A DNA stretch of 63,448 bases, counting the filler, from Octopus bimaculoides (lineage: Eukaryota): NCBI RefSeq assembly GCF_001194135.2. It is 4 parts of 4 records of this genome, joined end to end, with 100 filler letters (N's around TTAATTAATTAA, not from the genome) between each part and the next. Parts side by side here need not be neighbours in the genome. Positions count along the whole stretch, not along the records: positions 1 to 23,847 come from NC_069009.1; 3 more parts are not named here. One strand, 5' to 3'. The translations under genes and the position numbers were made by a program. Of this stretch, positions 11,745-23,847 are shown in pieces. The notes under the pieces were generated by a model. It was not told the DNA's origin. It searched no databases and saw nothing but the letters and a program-made list of their open reading frames with translations. Numbering within the stretch: the stretch's first letter is position 1; each line of letters begins with the position of its first letter.

Positions 11745-12445
11745 CTGTCTTTTGAATCTTCATCGATGCTTCTGTAATTTTGCTCTTTTCATCAGGATTA
11801 CCTTCTTCCCCACTCACACACTTTTAGCCCTTTGCTCTCTCTGGGCCATTGACAACTTTTTCTCACCGTTCCCAACACTGGGTTGTCTCTTTCACTTCTT
11901 TCCAGTTAGATCCCTTCCTTTTTCAGCTCTCCTCACATGTTTCGCTGGGGGAGGCCTTAGTCTCCCAGATCTTGTTCTTTTGAATTGTCATCGATTCTTC
12001 TATAATTTTGCTTTTTTCCTTCCCCCAGACTCTGTCCCTTCGTTCCCTATGGAGTAAGGGCTATCAACTTCAGTTGGATCTCTGCTTTTTCTACCTCAGT
12101 ATCCCACCTCATATATTTCCCTGAAGGATAACTTTCCTCTCCCAGATCATATTCTTTTGAATTTTCATCGATGTTTCTGTAATTTTGCTTTTTCTCATCT
12201 CCTTCGTCTCCTTCTCCAAAACTCTTCCACTTCCTAAGCCTTTCGCTCCCTATGGAGCACAGAACATTGACGACCTTTCTTCCCTCTTCTTGATTCTAGA
12301 CTGTCTTTTCTGATTCTCTCCACTTAAATCCCTGCTTCCTTGCATCGATATATGTTTGTTTTGTTTTGTTCTTTTTTTCCGAGAGAAGACCTTCTCCCGA
12401 GTCTTGTTAGTTTTGAATTGTTGTCGGCAATGCTTCTGTAACTTT
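11745..12445. repeat. Diverged tandem repeat, about 4 units of 180-260 bp
   Basis: Core TTTTGAATyyTCATCGATGCTTCTGTAATTTTGCT recurs at about 11750, 11978, 12155 and 12411. Confidence 0.75.
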
Positions 12446-12753
12446 ACATTGTTTTCTAGGAAGGAGTGTTGGCCCTTTCCAAAAACCCTTTTTACCTCTG
12501 TGAAGAGGTTTGTCCCTTACTTCACTGGTCTCAGCCCTTTGACCTGTCAAACATGGGAAACCTCATCAGGGTCTTGCGCTTCAGGGCCATTGGGGCACAC
12601 AGACCGCCATTGCAGCTAGGCCTAGGCCTTGTAGTGGAACCTGTTTAAGGTACCCAACTTTGAAGTCAAGACCAGACCCTCACATAAGTTGTGCAGTATT
12701 CCACAGACGAGTTTCCCCAAAGACGAATTGTCATTTCCTCATCAATTAAGGAA

Positions 12754-12835
12754 GGCGCGTGGTCACGTGGTTAAGGTGTTCGGTTCACGAACCTAATATC
12801 ATGAGGTTCAATTCCTGGACCAGTGACTGCATTGT
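12754..12835 (+). mobile_element. tRNA-derived SINE head
   Basis: GGCGCGTGGTCACGTGGTTAAGG (A box) and GGTTCAATTCC (B box); no acceptor stem closure. Confidence 0.65.
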
Positions 12836-14175
12836 GTCCTCTCTTTTTCTCTTCCTCTCTCTCCTTCTCTTCCTCTCTCCCTTTCTCCCTCTGTTCTCTC
12901 ACTCTCTCCCTTTCCCCCTTCTCTTCCTCTCTCCCGCTCCCCCTTCTCTTCCTCTCTCCCTCTGTTCTCTCTCCCTCCCTCCCTGCATATGCATATTTCT
13001 GCGCGTGTGCTTGCGTATGTCTGTTTGCCTCCAGTGCGAAAACATATTGGTCAAAACAGCCTTCATGTCCAGTCAACTGTGTCACATCATCAGCGGCCAA
13101 ACAACCGCCCCACACCGCCTCATCCCCTCTCATCAGACGCCCAAATAATTGCTCCACCTCACCCCCATCTTTGGTCTGATACTTTACTTTTTATCTTTTC
13201 CGGGGAACAAGTTCACCTTGGCAGAATTTGAACTCGGAGCGTAGAGATTAAGCACCAGAACAAAAGACCGTTTCTCTTTTGATGGTCTTTTAATTATTGA
13301 CCCCTGAAAGAATCTTTATCTTTTGCTTGTTTCAACCCCTGGACTACGGCCCTGCTGGAGGGGTATTAGACAAATATATCGATCCCGTCGAACCGCTGAA
13401 TTGTGAGAACGTAAACAAACCAATGCTGATTATCAAGCGGTAGAGGAGACAAACACGAAAACATACACGCATATGAAGGGTTCACAGTTTCTGCTTTTCA
13501 AATTCACCCACAAAGTGTTGATTGGTGCAAGGCTATAGTAGAAGACGCTACCCAAAGTTCCTCGTAGTTAATCTGAACCCGGAAACACGTGGTTGGGAAG
13601 CAAGCTTCTTTACCGCACAGCTATGCCTGACGTCAGTGGGATTTGAACTCGGGAAATACCACAAGGTATTGCCTATGATACTCTTAATAAATTCTTCCAA
13701 TTCCATCGCTGCGAAGTGGTTGGGTTTTGTTTTTCGACCGTCCCCACGATGGCATGAAAGGCAAAATGAAACCTGGGCGTGATTCGAACTCGTGATTTTG
13801 CGCGAATATCGGTGAGAAAAATGCGTGCAAGAGGGTGGGTGAGTGTTGGTGNNNNNNNNNNNNNNNNNNNNNNNNNNNNNNNNNNNNNNNNNNNNNNNNN
13901 NNNNNNNNNNNNNNNNNNNNNNNNNNNNNNNNNNNNNNNNNNNNNNNNNNNNNNNNNNNNNNNNNNNNNNNNNNNNNNNNNNNNNNNNNNNNNNNNNNNN
14001 NNNNNNNNNNNNNNNNNNNNNNNNNNNNNNNNNNNNNNNNNNNNNNNNNNNNNNNNNNNNNNNNNNNNNNNNNNNNNNNNNNNNNNNNNTATACGGCCTT
14101 CGCTTTATCACGCAAGAAATCAATATTCCCCAAAGCAGGTCTTTGATTCCCAGCTGACATTCTTCGACGACTCAG

Positions 14176-14224
<49 letters not shown>

Positions 14225-14256
14225 GTAGATAAATAGACACGTTCGTACACACACAC

Positions 14257-14287
<31 letters not shown>

Positions 14288-14963
14288 TAAAGACGGCGAT
14301 AGGCACTCACAAAGATGCGCGCGCACGTACAGATAAACAGGGAGATAACTGTACACAAGTTCACATACGCATACATGGATACAGACACATATACCGAGAT
14401 ACACACCTCCAGACTCACCCCACCCCATACACACGTGCAAGTACATACAGATAGAGAATTGCGCGCGCACACGCACACACACACAGATAAACGAATAGAT
14501 AGCTGTACACATGCACACTTACGCATCCACAGATATACACACACACACATACTGAGACATGCACTATTCCAGACTCTCTCACACACACACACACACACAC
14601 ACCCCTTCATACGCACATACAGATGCATAGAGATAAACAGATAGATAACTACACACGCACACATGCGCGTTCGTAAGATGCACGTACATCGATACACAAT
14701 CGTACATTCNNNNNNNNNNNNNNNNNNNNNNNNNNNNNNNNNNNNNNNNNNNNNNNNNNNNNNNNNNNNNNNNNNNNNNNNNNNNNNNNNNNNNNNNNNN
14801 NNNNNNNNNNNNNNNNNNNNNNNNNNNNNNNNNNNNNNNNNNNNNNNNNNNNNNNNNNNNNNNNNNNNNNNNNNNNNNNNNNNNNNNNNNNNNNNNNNNN
14901 NNNNNNNNNNNNNNNNNNNNNNNNNNNNNNNNNNNNNNNNNNNNNNNNNNNNNNNNNNNNNNN

Positions 14964-15018
<55 letters not shown>

Positions 15019-15218
15019 ACAGAAGGATATAGATACAAACACACACAAACACTTATTCATAGTACACACATCCACGCATACACACACACACTCACGCAAG
15101 CGCGCGCGCGATTACATACGCATGTTAATACAGTCACATCATCCCCACACATATACAGAGATGTAATCTAACGAAGGATGCACTTTTCTATAATGGCTCC
15201 TTTCTCCTTCCCTTGCAG

Positions 15219-15254
15219 ATTGAACCTGCTGACTCTGCAGTCGCTGCTATGTGA
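15219..15254 (+). other. Candidate terminal coding exon (IEPADSAVAAM*)
   Basis: Strong acceptor TCCTTTCTCCTTCCCTTGCAG ending at 15218. Phase-0 reading stops after 11 codons; another phase stays open. No homology recognised. Confidence 0.25.
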
Positions 15255-15344
15255 AATTGTATCGGCTGCTGCTAATGCACACATGCAACTGCATGTCATG
15301 GTGGTGGTGGCGGAGGTGATGGTGATTGTCGACATAGTGTTGGG

Positions 15345-16265
15345 GTTGGTAGCTACCATGTACAGGTCTCCCTCGTTGGCCCATCACACAATAGGATGTG
15401 ATTTGAGGGAGATTTGGCTGCTATATCTACCAGACTTAGCCTTCATTGGTTCAAACATACATAAATACTTAGATAAGACAGTAGGTTGTGATTTGAGGGA
15501 GATTTGACTGCCATTTGTACCCTATCTATCTACCATGTAAAGGTCTCCCTCATTGGCTCCTACATGCATACAGATAAATAGATAGATAAGACAGAAGGGT
15601 GTGATTTGAGGGAAATTTGGCTGCCATTGCTACCAGGTCTAGCTACCATGCAGAGGTCTCTCTCACTGGATCATACATACATATATACATACAAGACAGT
15701 AGGATGTGATTTGAGAGAGATTTGGCAGCCATTTCTGACACGTTTATCTACCATATAGAGGTCTCCCTTATTGGATCATACTTACATACATATATAGATG
15801 CATAATACAGTAGAGTGTGATTTGAGGGAGATTTGGCTGCTATTTCTATCACGTCTTGCTATCATGTTGAGGTCTACCTCATTGGCTCAAACTTATACAT
15901 ATGTAAGACAGTAGAATGTGATTTGAGGGAGATTTGGCTGCTATTTCAACCAAGTCTACCTACCATATAGAGGCTTCCCTCATTGGCCCATACATACATA
16001 CATACAAGAGTAGGGTGTAATTTGAGGGAGATTTGGCTGCTATTTCTACCAGCTCTAGCTACCATGAAGAGGTCTCCCTCATTGGCTCATACATACATAT
16101 ATACATACATACATACGACAGATGGGTGTAATTTGAGGGAGATTTGGCTGCTATTTCTACCAGATCTAGCTACTATGTCGAGGTCTCTCTCGTTGGCTCA
16201 TACATACATAGACAGTAGGGTGTGAGATGAGGGAGATTTGGCTGCTATTTCTACCAGCTGGCTGT
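15345..16265 (-). repeat. Tandem array of 9 units plus a partial (~90-112 bp spacing) with (TACA/TAGA)n linkers; units resemble an HDV-like ribozyme fold
   Basis: TGTGATTTGAGGGAGATTTGGCTGC-type anchors at 15397, 15487, 15600, 15705, 15816, 15917, 16016, 16127 and 16221. Confidence refers to the array itself. Confidence 0.92.
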
Positions 16266-16319
16266 CTCTCTATGCCGTCTCTTCTCTAATAAATCTGATT
16301 ACATTGTTATGTCATGACA

Positions 16320-17312
16320 GTCAGTGAAGGGTGTGGGTGCGGGTAGAGGTGACTCGGAGGAGCGTCCTATCTTCTGGTGTTGGTATAGGCGGTGGTGTAT
16401 AGCAGTAGTGGTGGTTGTAGTTGTAGTCAGTGTTGTAGTGTTGTACAGGTGATGCTTATGTTAGTAGATCTGGCGCTTCGATGGTAGTGACAGTGGTATT
16501 TGTGGTGGTGTTGGTATAGGCGGTGGTGGTGATGGAGTTGGTGGTAGTTGTGATTGCGGTGGCTGTTGTGGTGGCGGTAGTAGTGTTGCTTACTATGTTG
16601 GCGGCACTGACAATAGTAGTAGTGGCGCTTACAGCACAGGTGGTGGTGTCGGTGGCAGTGGTTGGAATATTGGTGATAGTGGTGGTGTTGGTGGTTGTGG
16701 TGGTAGTGTTGCTTACTATGTTGGCAGTGCTGGTAGTAGTTGTAGTAGAGGTGGTAGTGATAGTAGTAACTCTGGTCTGTGGCAGCAGTAGTCACAGTAG
16801 CCGTGGTGGTGATAACGGTTGTAGTGGTGGCGGCAACAGTAGTTGTGGTAGTAGCAATGGTAGTATAGTGGTGGTGGTGATGATAACTGTGACAGTAGTG
16901 ATAGTAATTGTATTAACGGTAGAGGTAGTAGTATTGGTGGTTGTGATGATATAGTTGTTAGTGTGGTAGCGTATTGTGTCACTGTAGTGGTGGTACTTCG
17001 GTTGTAGTACGTTAAAAATTACAGTGATGGTGTAGGCTGTTGTGGCGATGGTGGTAGTACGAGTGGGGGTTTATAGTACTTTTGAAGATTGAGTTGGTTG
17101 TTGTTGTAGCGGTTGTAGTGTTCGCGTTTGTGGTGCCAATAGCAATAGTTGCTTACAGTGGCGGCAATAGTACAGTGGTGGTGGTGGTGGTGGTGGTTGT
17201 GATGTAGTCACTGTTGTGGTAGTGGTGGTATTGACATTGTGTTAGGTCAGCAAAGATGGTTATCAGCAGTAATAAGGGTACTGGTGGTGGTGGTGGTGGT
17301 GGTGGTTGTCAT
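16320..17312. repeat. Degenerate (GGT/GTA)n low-complexity tract
   Basis: Triplet periodicity; poly-Val and poly-His/Thr pseudo-ORFs. Confidence 0.85.
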
Positions 17313-17900
17313 NNNNNNNNNNNNNNNNNNNNNNNNNNNNNNNNNNNNNNNNNNNNNNNNNNNNNNNNNNNNNNNNNNNNNNNNNNNNNNNNNNNNNNNN
17401 NNNNNNNNNNNNNNNNNNNNNNNNNNNNNNNNNNNNNNNNNNNNNNNNNNNNNNNNNNNNNNNNNNNNNNNNNNNNNNNNNNNNNNNNNNNNNNNNNNNN
17501 NNNNNNNNNNNNNNNNNNNNNNNNNNNNNNNNNNNNNNNNNNNNNNNNNNNNNNNNNNNNNNNNNNNNNNNNNNNNNNNNNNNNNNNNNNNNNNNNNNNN
17601 NNNNNNNNNNNNNNNNNNNNNNNNNNNNNNNNNNNNNNNNNNNNNNNNNNNNNNNNNNNNNNNNNNNNNNNNNNNNNNNNNNNNNNNNNNNNNNNNNNNN
17701 NNNNNNNNNNNNNNNNNNNNNNNNNNNNNNNNNNNNNNNNNNNNNNNNNNNNNNNNNNNNNNNNNNNNNNNNNNNNNNNNNNNNNNNNNNNNNNNNNNNN
17801 NNNNNNNNNNNNNNNNNNNNNNNNNNNNNNNNNNNNNNNNNNNNNNNNNNNNNNNNNNNNNNNNNNNNNNNNNNNNNNNNNNNNNNNNNNNNNNNNNNNN

Positions 17901-18095
17901 CTTTGATCATAGGTCTGTCTGGATCAGGACTGGCCTGGGGTTAAACAACAGCAATTATAGCCAGTCATTCTTCTATACAATACATTATATAATCTAGTCC
18001 TAGAGAGACACTATTTGAACATAAAACGGGATGGTCACAGCTAGAACATCTTCAATGATAGGTCTGCTGGATCAGGACTGGCCTAGGGTTAAACA
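17901..18095 (+). mobile_element. Two 3' fragments of an (AAC)-tailed SINE-like family (family D)
   Basis: GATCATAGGTCTG...GATCAGGACTGGCCTGGGGTTAAACAAC occurs at 17905-17948 and 18057-18095, with a reverse-complement relative at about 20482-20552. Confidence 0.65.
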
Positions 18096-18229
18096 AGAAT
18101 CATCATTTCTATAGTCACTCAATGGTGGTGGTATCTGCACTAGTGTAGATAGATAGTATTGGCTGTACAGGCTGCAGAGAGAGAGAGAGAGAGAGAGAAT
18201 AATATAATAATTCTCTGAAGAAGGGTTGA

Positions 18230-18406
18230 AATTCTGGGGGAGGAAGAGTCGTTTACATGGACCCCAGTAGCTAACTGGTACATTATTTTATCGAAATCGA
18301 AAGGATGATAGGCTAAGTCAATCTCGGCGAAATTTGAACTTAGAAAAAGAAACGCCGCTAAGCATTTTGTCCGGTGTGCTAACGGTTCAGCCAGCATCAT
18401 CTGCCT

Positions 18407-18439
<33 letters not shown>

Positions 18440-19070
18440 TGATGATGATTTCAAGTTTTGGCACAAGACCAAGTTCGGAGGAGGGGGTAGGTCATTTACA
18501 TCGATGCTAGTGCTCAACTGCTACTTATTTTATCGACCCCCAAAAGGATGAACGGTAAAGTCGACCTCGGCGGAATTTGAACCCAAAACGTGAAGACTGA
18601 TGGAATGATCAGCATTTTTATTTGGCGTGCTAACAATTTTGGCAGTTCACTGCCTTAATAATGATTTCAAGGTTGGAAGGGGGATAAATCGATTACATTG
18701 ACCCCAGTGCTCAACTGGCACTAATTTTATCGAATCTGAAAGGATGAAAGGCAAAGTCGACCTTGACGGAACCTGAGAGCTCGGAACGTAAAGAGGAACG
18801 AAATACCGCCAAGCATTTTGTACATCGGTCTGACAACTCTGCCAGAAAGCCACAACAACTTTCTATTATAAGCACAAGACCTGAAATTTTGGGGTAGTGG
18901 GGCTAGTCGGTCGTCTCCGGTGTTCAACTGGTACTTATTTTATTTACCTAGAAACGTTGCTAGGGAAAGTCGACCTCGGTGGAATTTGAACTCAGAACGT
19001 AAAGACTGACAAAATGCCGCTAAGAACTTTGCCCAGCATGCTAACGAATCTGACAGCTCGTCGCCTTAAT
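18230..19070 (-). mobile_element. Cluster of four family A SINEs, all minus strand, spaced by (TAA)n
   Basis: Recurrent AAAGTCGACCTCGGCGGAATTTGAAC...GCATTTT...GCTAAC...GCCAG units at about 18235, 18470, 18670 and 18890. Confidence 0.88.
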
Positions 19071-20413
19071 ACTAATGATAATAATAATAATAATAATAAT
19101 AATAANNNNNNNNNNNNNNNNNNNNNNNNNNNNNNNNNNNNNNNNNNNNNNNNNNNNNNNNNNNNNNNNNNNNNNNNNNNNNNNNNNNNNNNNNNNNNNN
19201 NNNNNNNNNNNNNNNNNNNNNNNNNNNNNNNNNNNNNNNNNNNNNNNNNNNNNNNNNNNNNNNNNNNNNNNNNNNNNNNNNNNNNNNNNNNNNNNNNNNN
19301 NNNNNNNNNNNNNNNNNNNNNNNNNNNNNNNNNNNNNNNNNNNNNNNNNNNNNNNNNNNNNNNNNNNNNNNNNNNNNNNNNNNNNNNNNNNNNNNNNNNN
19401 NNNNNNNNNNNNNNNNNNNNNNNNNNNNNNNNNNNNNNNNNNNNNNNNNNNNNNNNNNNNNNNNNNNNNNNNNNNNNNNNNNNNNNNNNNNNNNNNNNNN
19501 NNNNNNNNNNNNNNNNNNNNNNNNNNNNNNNNNNNNNNNNNNNNNNNNNNNNNNNNNNNNNNNNNNNNNNNNNNNNNNNNNNNNNNNNNNNNNNNNNNNN
19601 NNNNNNNNNNNNNNNNNNNNNNNNNNNNNNNNNNNNNNNNNNNNNNNNNNNNNNNNNNNNNNNNNNNNNNNNNNNNNNNNNNNNNNNNNNNNNNNNNNNN
19701 NNNNNNNNNNNNNNNNNNNNNNNNNNNNNNNNNNNNNNNNNNNNNNNNNNNNNNNNNNNNNNNNNNNNNNNNNNNNNNNNNNNNNNNNNNNNNNNNNNNN
19801 NNNNNNNNNNNNNNNNNNNNNNNNNNNNNNNNNNNNNNNNNNNNNNNNNNNNNNNNNNNNNNNNNNNNNNNNNNNNNNNNNNNNNNNNNNNNNNNNNNNN
19901 NNNNNNNNNNNNNNNNNNNNNNNNNNNNNNNNNNNNNNNNNNNNNNNNNNNNNNNNNNNNNNNNNNNNNNNNNNNNNNNNNNNNNNNNNNNNNNNNNNNN
20001 NNNNNNNNNNNNNGTGTGTGTGTGTGTATTTATTTTAGTGTGTCTTGTATGTGCATCTGTGTGTATGTGTAGAAAGGTGTGTGTGTGTGTGTGTGTGTGT
20101 ATCTATGTATCGAAGAGTATTGTCTGTATACCTGCGTGTGTATATGTGTTAGTGAATGCGTCTAAGTGTGTGCTCGCGTCTACTTTGTGTGCGCGCGCGT
20201 GTATGTTTGTGTATACTTTTGTGTATGTATGTATGTATGTATGCACGTGTACTTTTGTGTGTGTGTAACTGGTGAATGAATGTGGTAGATTTGTGGGAGT
20301 TGCGGGTAGAAGTGGGTACATTAAGATAGAAGGGAAGTGTGTGCGCGTGTTCGCGCATGTGCGTACACACAGAAGTGAAAGTCGGTGCGGATTTGCGGGT
20401 AGAGGTGATTGAG

Positions 20414-20441
20414 TTAAGATGGCGGAAACGATTGTGTAAGT
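20414..20441 (+). promoter_or_regulatory. Candidate start-codon exon end with donor site
   Basis: AAG ATG GCG GAA ACG ATT GT|GTAAGT (ATG at 20419; donor 20436-20441). YY1/Kozak-like AAGATGGCGG, with locally CpG-richer sequence upstream. Confidence 0.3.
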
Positions 20442-21279
20442 GAGTGAGTGGGGAGTATTAGCGGTTGGTAGGTTAGTTTCATACCAGGTCAATCCTGCTG
20501 AAGACTCCTATGATCAAAAGCATTCTCATCGTGACCACCCCGTTTTTTTTTCTCCTGTGTGGAGAGGGCATCCGAGGATTGTGACAGACAGAACATCCTT
20601 ATTGATCGATAGACAAAAGTAGATTGACAGTTACTTATGAAGTTAGACTGATAAAAAGCCAGAACAGAGACAGACTGAAAGATAGACCAACGAAGCAGAG
20701 ATAGACTGTCGCAGATGTTCTCAACCATTTTCATCGATTCCTATTTTATTTTGGCGGATCACATCACCACCACCACCACCATAGCCATTCTATGTTTGAA
20801 AATTAGTTTTATAAAAAGTTCTTTAAAAATTCCTATTTTTTTTTCACCCATCGTAAGAGAAACCNNNNNNNNNNNNNNNNNNNNNNNNNNNNNNNNNNNN
20901 NNNNNNNNNNNNNNNNNNNNNNNNNNNNNNNNNNNNNNNNNNNNNNNNNNNNNNNNNNNNNNNNNNNNNNNNNNNNNNNNNNNNNNNNNNNNNNNNNNNN
21001 NNNNNNNNNNNNNNNNNNNNNNNNNNNNNNNNNNNNNNNNNNNNNNNNNNNNNNNNNNNNNNNNNNNNNNNNNNNNNNNNNNNNNNNNNNNNNNNNNNNN
21101 NNNNNNNNNNNNNNNNNNNNNNNNNNNNNNNNNNNNNNNNNNNNNNNNNNNNNNNNNNNNNNNNNNNNNNNNNNNNNNNNNNNNNNNNNNNNNNNNNNNN
21201 NNNNNNNNNNNNNNNNNNNNNNNNNNNNNNNNNNNNNNNNNNNNNNNNNNNNNNNNNNGGGGGGGGAACAGAAATAGAC

Positions 21280-21810
21280 TGATCAAAACCTTGCGAGTGG
21301 AATTGGTAGACAGAAACTGAAAGAAGCCCATCCTATATATATATATATATATATATTTGTGTGTCTGTGTTTGTCCTCCCTCCACCTTCGCTTGATAACC
21401 GATGTTGATGTGTTTACGTACGTGTGACCTAGCGGTTCGGCAAAAGTACCCGACAGAATAAGTAATTGGCTTACAAAGAAAAAGACCTTAAGTCGATTTG
21501 TTCGACTAAAAGCGGTGCTCCAGCATGGCCGCAGTCAAATGACGGAAACAAGTAAAAGAATATATTATATATATATGTGTGTGTGTGTATGTGTGTTTGT
21601 CCCTCTCGACCACTTGACAACCGGTGCTAGTGCGTTTACGTTCCCGTCACTTAGCGGTTCGACAAAACAGGCCGATGGCATAAATATCGGGCTTTACAAA
21701 AAATAATAAAATAAAATAAAAAAAAGTATGGAGTTGATTCGTTCCACTAAAATTCTTCGAGGCGGTGCCCCAGCATGACCGCAGTCTAATGAATGAAACA
21801 AGTAATGTGT
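21280..21810 (+). mobile_element. Family B SINE, one near-complete body plus a second 3' half
   Basis: GGTAGACAGAAACTGAAAGAAGCCC, an internal (TA)/(GT) microsatellite, then TAGCGGTTCGGCAAAAG...GCGGTGCTCCAGCATGGCCGCAGTCAAATGACGGAAACAAGTAAAAG; the 3' half is repeated. Confidence 0.85.
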
Positions 21811-22469
21811 GTGTGTATGTGTGTGTGTGTGTGAGTGAGTGAGTGATACATAGAGAGACAGACGGACTTGCAGAGCGACAGACAGACAGACAGAGCAGTC
21901 TTTGAAAATATGCTGTATGTTAAAGTTTGAAGATCAGAGACTGTAATGCTGAAACAGTGGGATTAACAAGAACTAATCCGATTAACTCCCCTGTTCCTCG
22001 TTCTCCAGTCTTTCTCCGCGACTTCGTTTTTTTTTTTCCTTTCCTACCTCCTCACACTGTACATATACATATATATATATATATATATATATTTCCCTCC
22101 TCCCCCTCTCNNNNNNNNNNNNNNNNNNNNNNNNNNNNNNNNNNNNNNNNNNNNNNNNNNNNNNNNNNNNNNNNNNNNNNNNNNNNNNNNNNNNNNNNNN
22201 NNNNNNNNNNNNNNNNNNNNNNNNNNNNNNNNNNNNNNNNNNNNNNNNNNNNNNNNNNNNNNNNNNNNNNNNNNNNNNNNNNNNNNNNNNNNNNNNNNNN
22301 NNNNNNNNNNNNNNNNNNNNNNNATATATATATATATATATATTGCTTGTATTCTCACTAAAGATCAATGTTTGGTTCGCTTTCTCGTCTTCGCTATCAT
22401 ACAAACTTTATCTTGTCATACATTTACTCTCTTTCTCTCTCTCTCACACAAACACTCACTCTCTCTTTT

Positions 22470-22532
<63 letters not shown>

Positions 22533-23662
22533 TACACACACACACTCACGTGTGTGTGTGTATGTGTGATTGCTTAGAACTAACAGTAGAAATATTACTC
22601 AATACTTAAGTAAATATACCTGTTTTTTTTTAATACTTTTTTAAGCAGCCAAATTCTCTCTCTCTCTCTCTCCCTCTTTCTCTTTCTCCTCTCTCTCTTT
22701 CCCTCTCTCACTTTCTCTTTCTTTCGCTCGCCTTTTCTTTCTCTCTCTCTCTCTATCTCACCCTATATCATTTTTTTTTTACCATTTCGATCGTTCTTAT
22801 GTTTCTAAAGATTCCACTCTTCCACTTTTGCATATCTGTTTGTGCTCAACTTGTTGACGATGCTTTCCATTATTATTTTGATGATTATGACGACACGCCT
22901 TACGTTGACCGGGGGCTGGGGGAGGCCTACCGAGCTCTGACTAAAAGCAGCAACATCTGCAAATCCAAATAGATACATTCTTGTTTAAAACTCTATACAT
23001 ATGCATAAAACTTGTTTATGCAAATAATATCAAGACTTTTTTGCGCGCGCACACACGCACACGACCTGACCTTTCATGAGACGAACATGAATCGCAAGCA
23101 ATGTTTATAATATTAGGCAATCATATTTATATTCATAATGTATCTGAACTATATAATATTGAAACGACCGGAATAAAGGAATAAATGCAACACTACTATT
23201 ACCTACATTGTTTAATATATACACGTATGTATGTATGTATGTATGTACGTACGTATGTATGTATGTATGTATGTATTTATATACACGTATGTATATATAT
23301 CTTATATCATTTACTTATTTCAGTTATTAGACTTCCGCCTTAAAGAATTTTAGTCGAATGAATTGCTCCTAGCACATATTTTTTAAAAGTCTGGTACGTA
23401 TTCTATCGGTCGTTTTTGAACCACTGTTACGAGGACGTATACACACGAACACCGGTTGTCAATCGGTGGAGCGACACACACACACACACACACACATATA
23501 TCTACCTCCAAACTTATGACATTGACCTGTCCTGGCACACACGAAACTTTGAGTCACGGCTAACTGAGTCAAACTGTTATTAGTACGTGTAACTCCAACC
23601 AAATATGTTGATTACCACTTTCTTTTCGTTTGTTTCCTCACTTGTGTATATGCGTATACACA

Positions 23663-23725
<63 letters not shown>

Positions 23726-23744
23726 ATCTCTCTCTCTCTCTCTC

Positions 23745-23847
23745 TTCAGTCTCAACTCATGGCTCACCACTTTAGCCTGCGTGGATATCCACCCACCACC
23801 ATCCACACCGCCCTTGCCAGAGCACGTTCTGTGGACCGTGCATCTGC
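23745..23847 (+). mobile_element. Penelope-like RT C-terminal fragment
   Basis: QSQLMAHHFSLRGYPPTTIHTALARARSVDRAS matches the F..RGYP...I..A..RA motif of PLE thumb regions. Confidence 0.6.

Noticed and set aside
12754-12835. tRNA gene (likewise the SINE heads of families A and B)
   Set aside because: A/B boxes are present but there is no complete cloverleaf or acceptor stem, and the heads run into SINE bodies.
15345-16265. CRISPR-like repeat/spacer appearance
   Set aside because: The repeats are ~75-85 bp, the 'spacers' are TACA/TAGA microsatellites, there are no cas genes, and the context is eukaryotic.
15345-16265. Twister ribozyme interpretation of the unit
   Set aside because: Although AGAGG precedes a closing stem on the plus strand, the UAA after P1 and the L4 consensus are absent. 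The HDV-like order on the minus strand fits better.
16427-16982. Poly-Val, poly-His and poly-Thr ORFs (also 241-779, 3066-3805, 26537-27252, 55929-56770)
   Set aside because: These are translations of microsatellites, with no splice or domain evidence.
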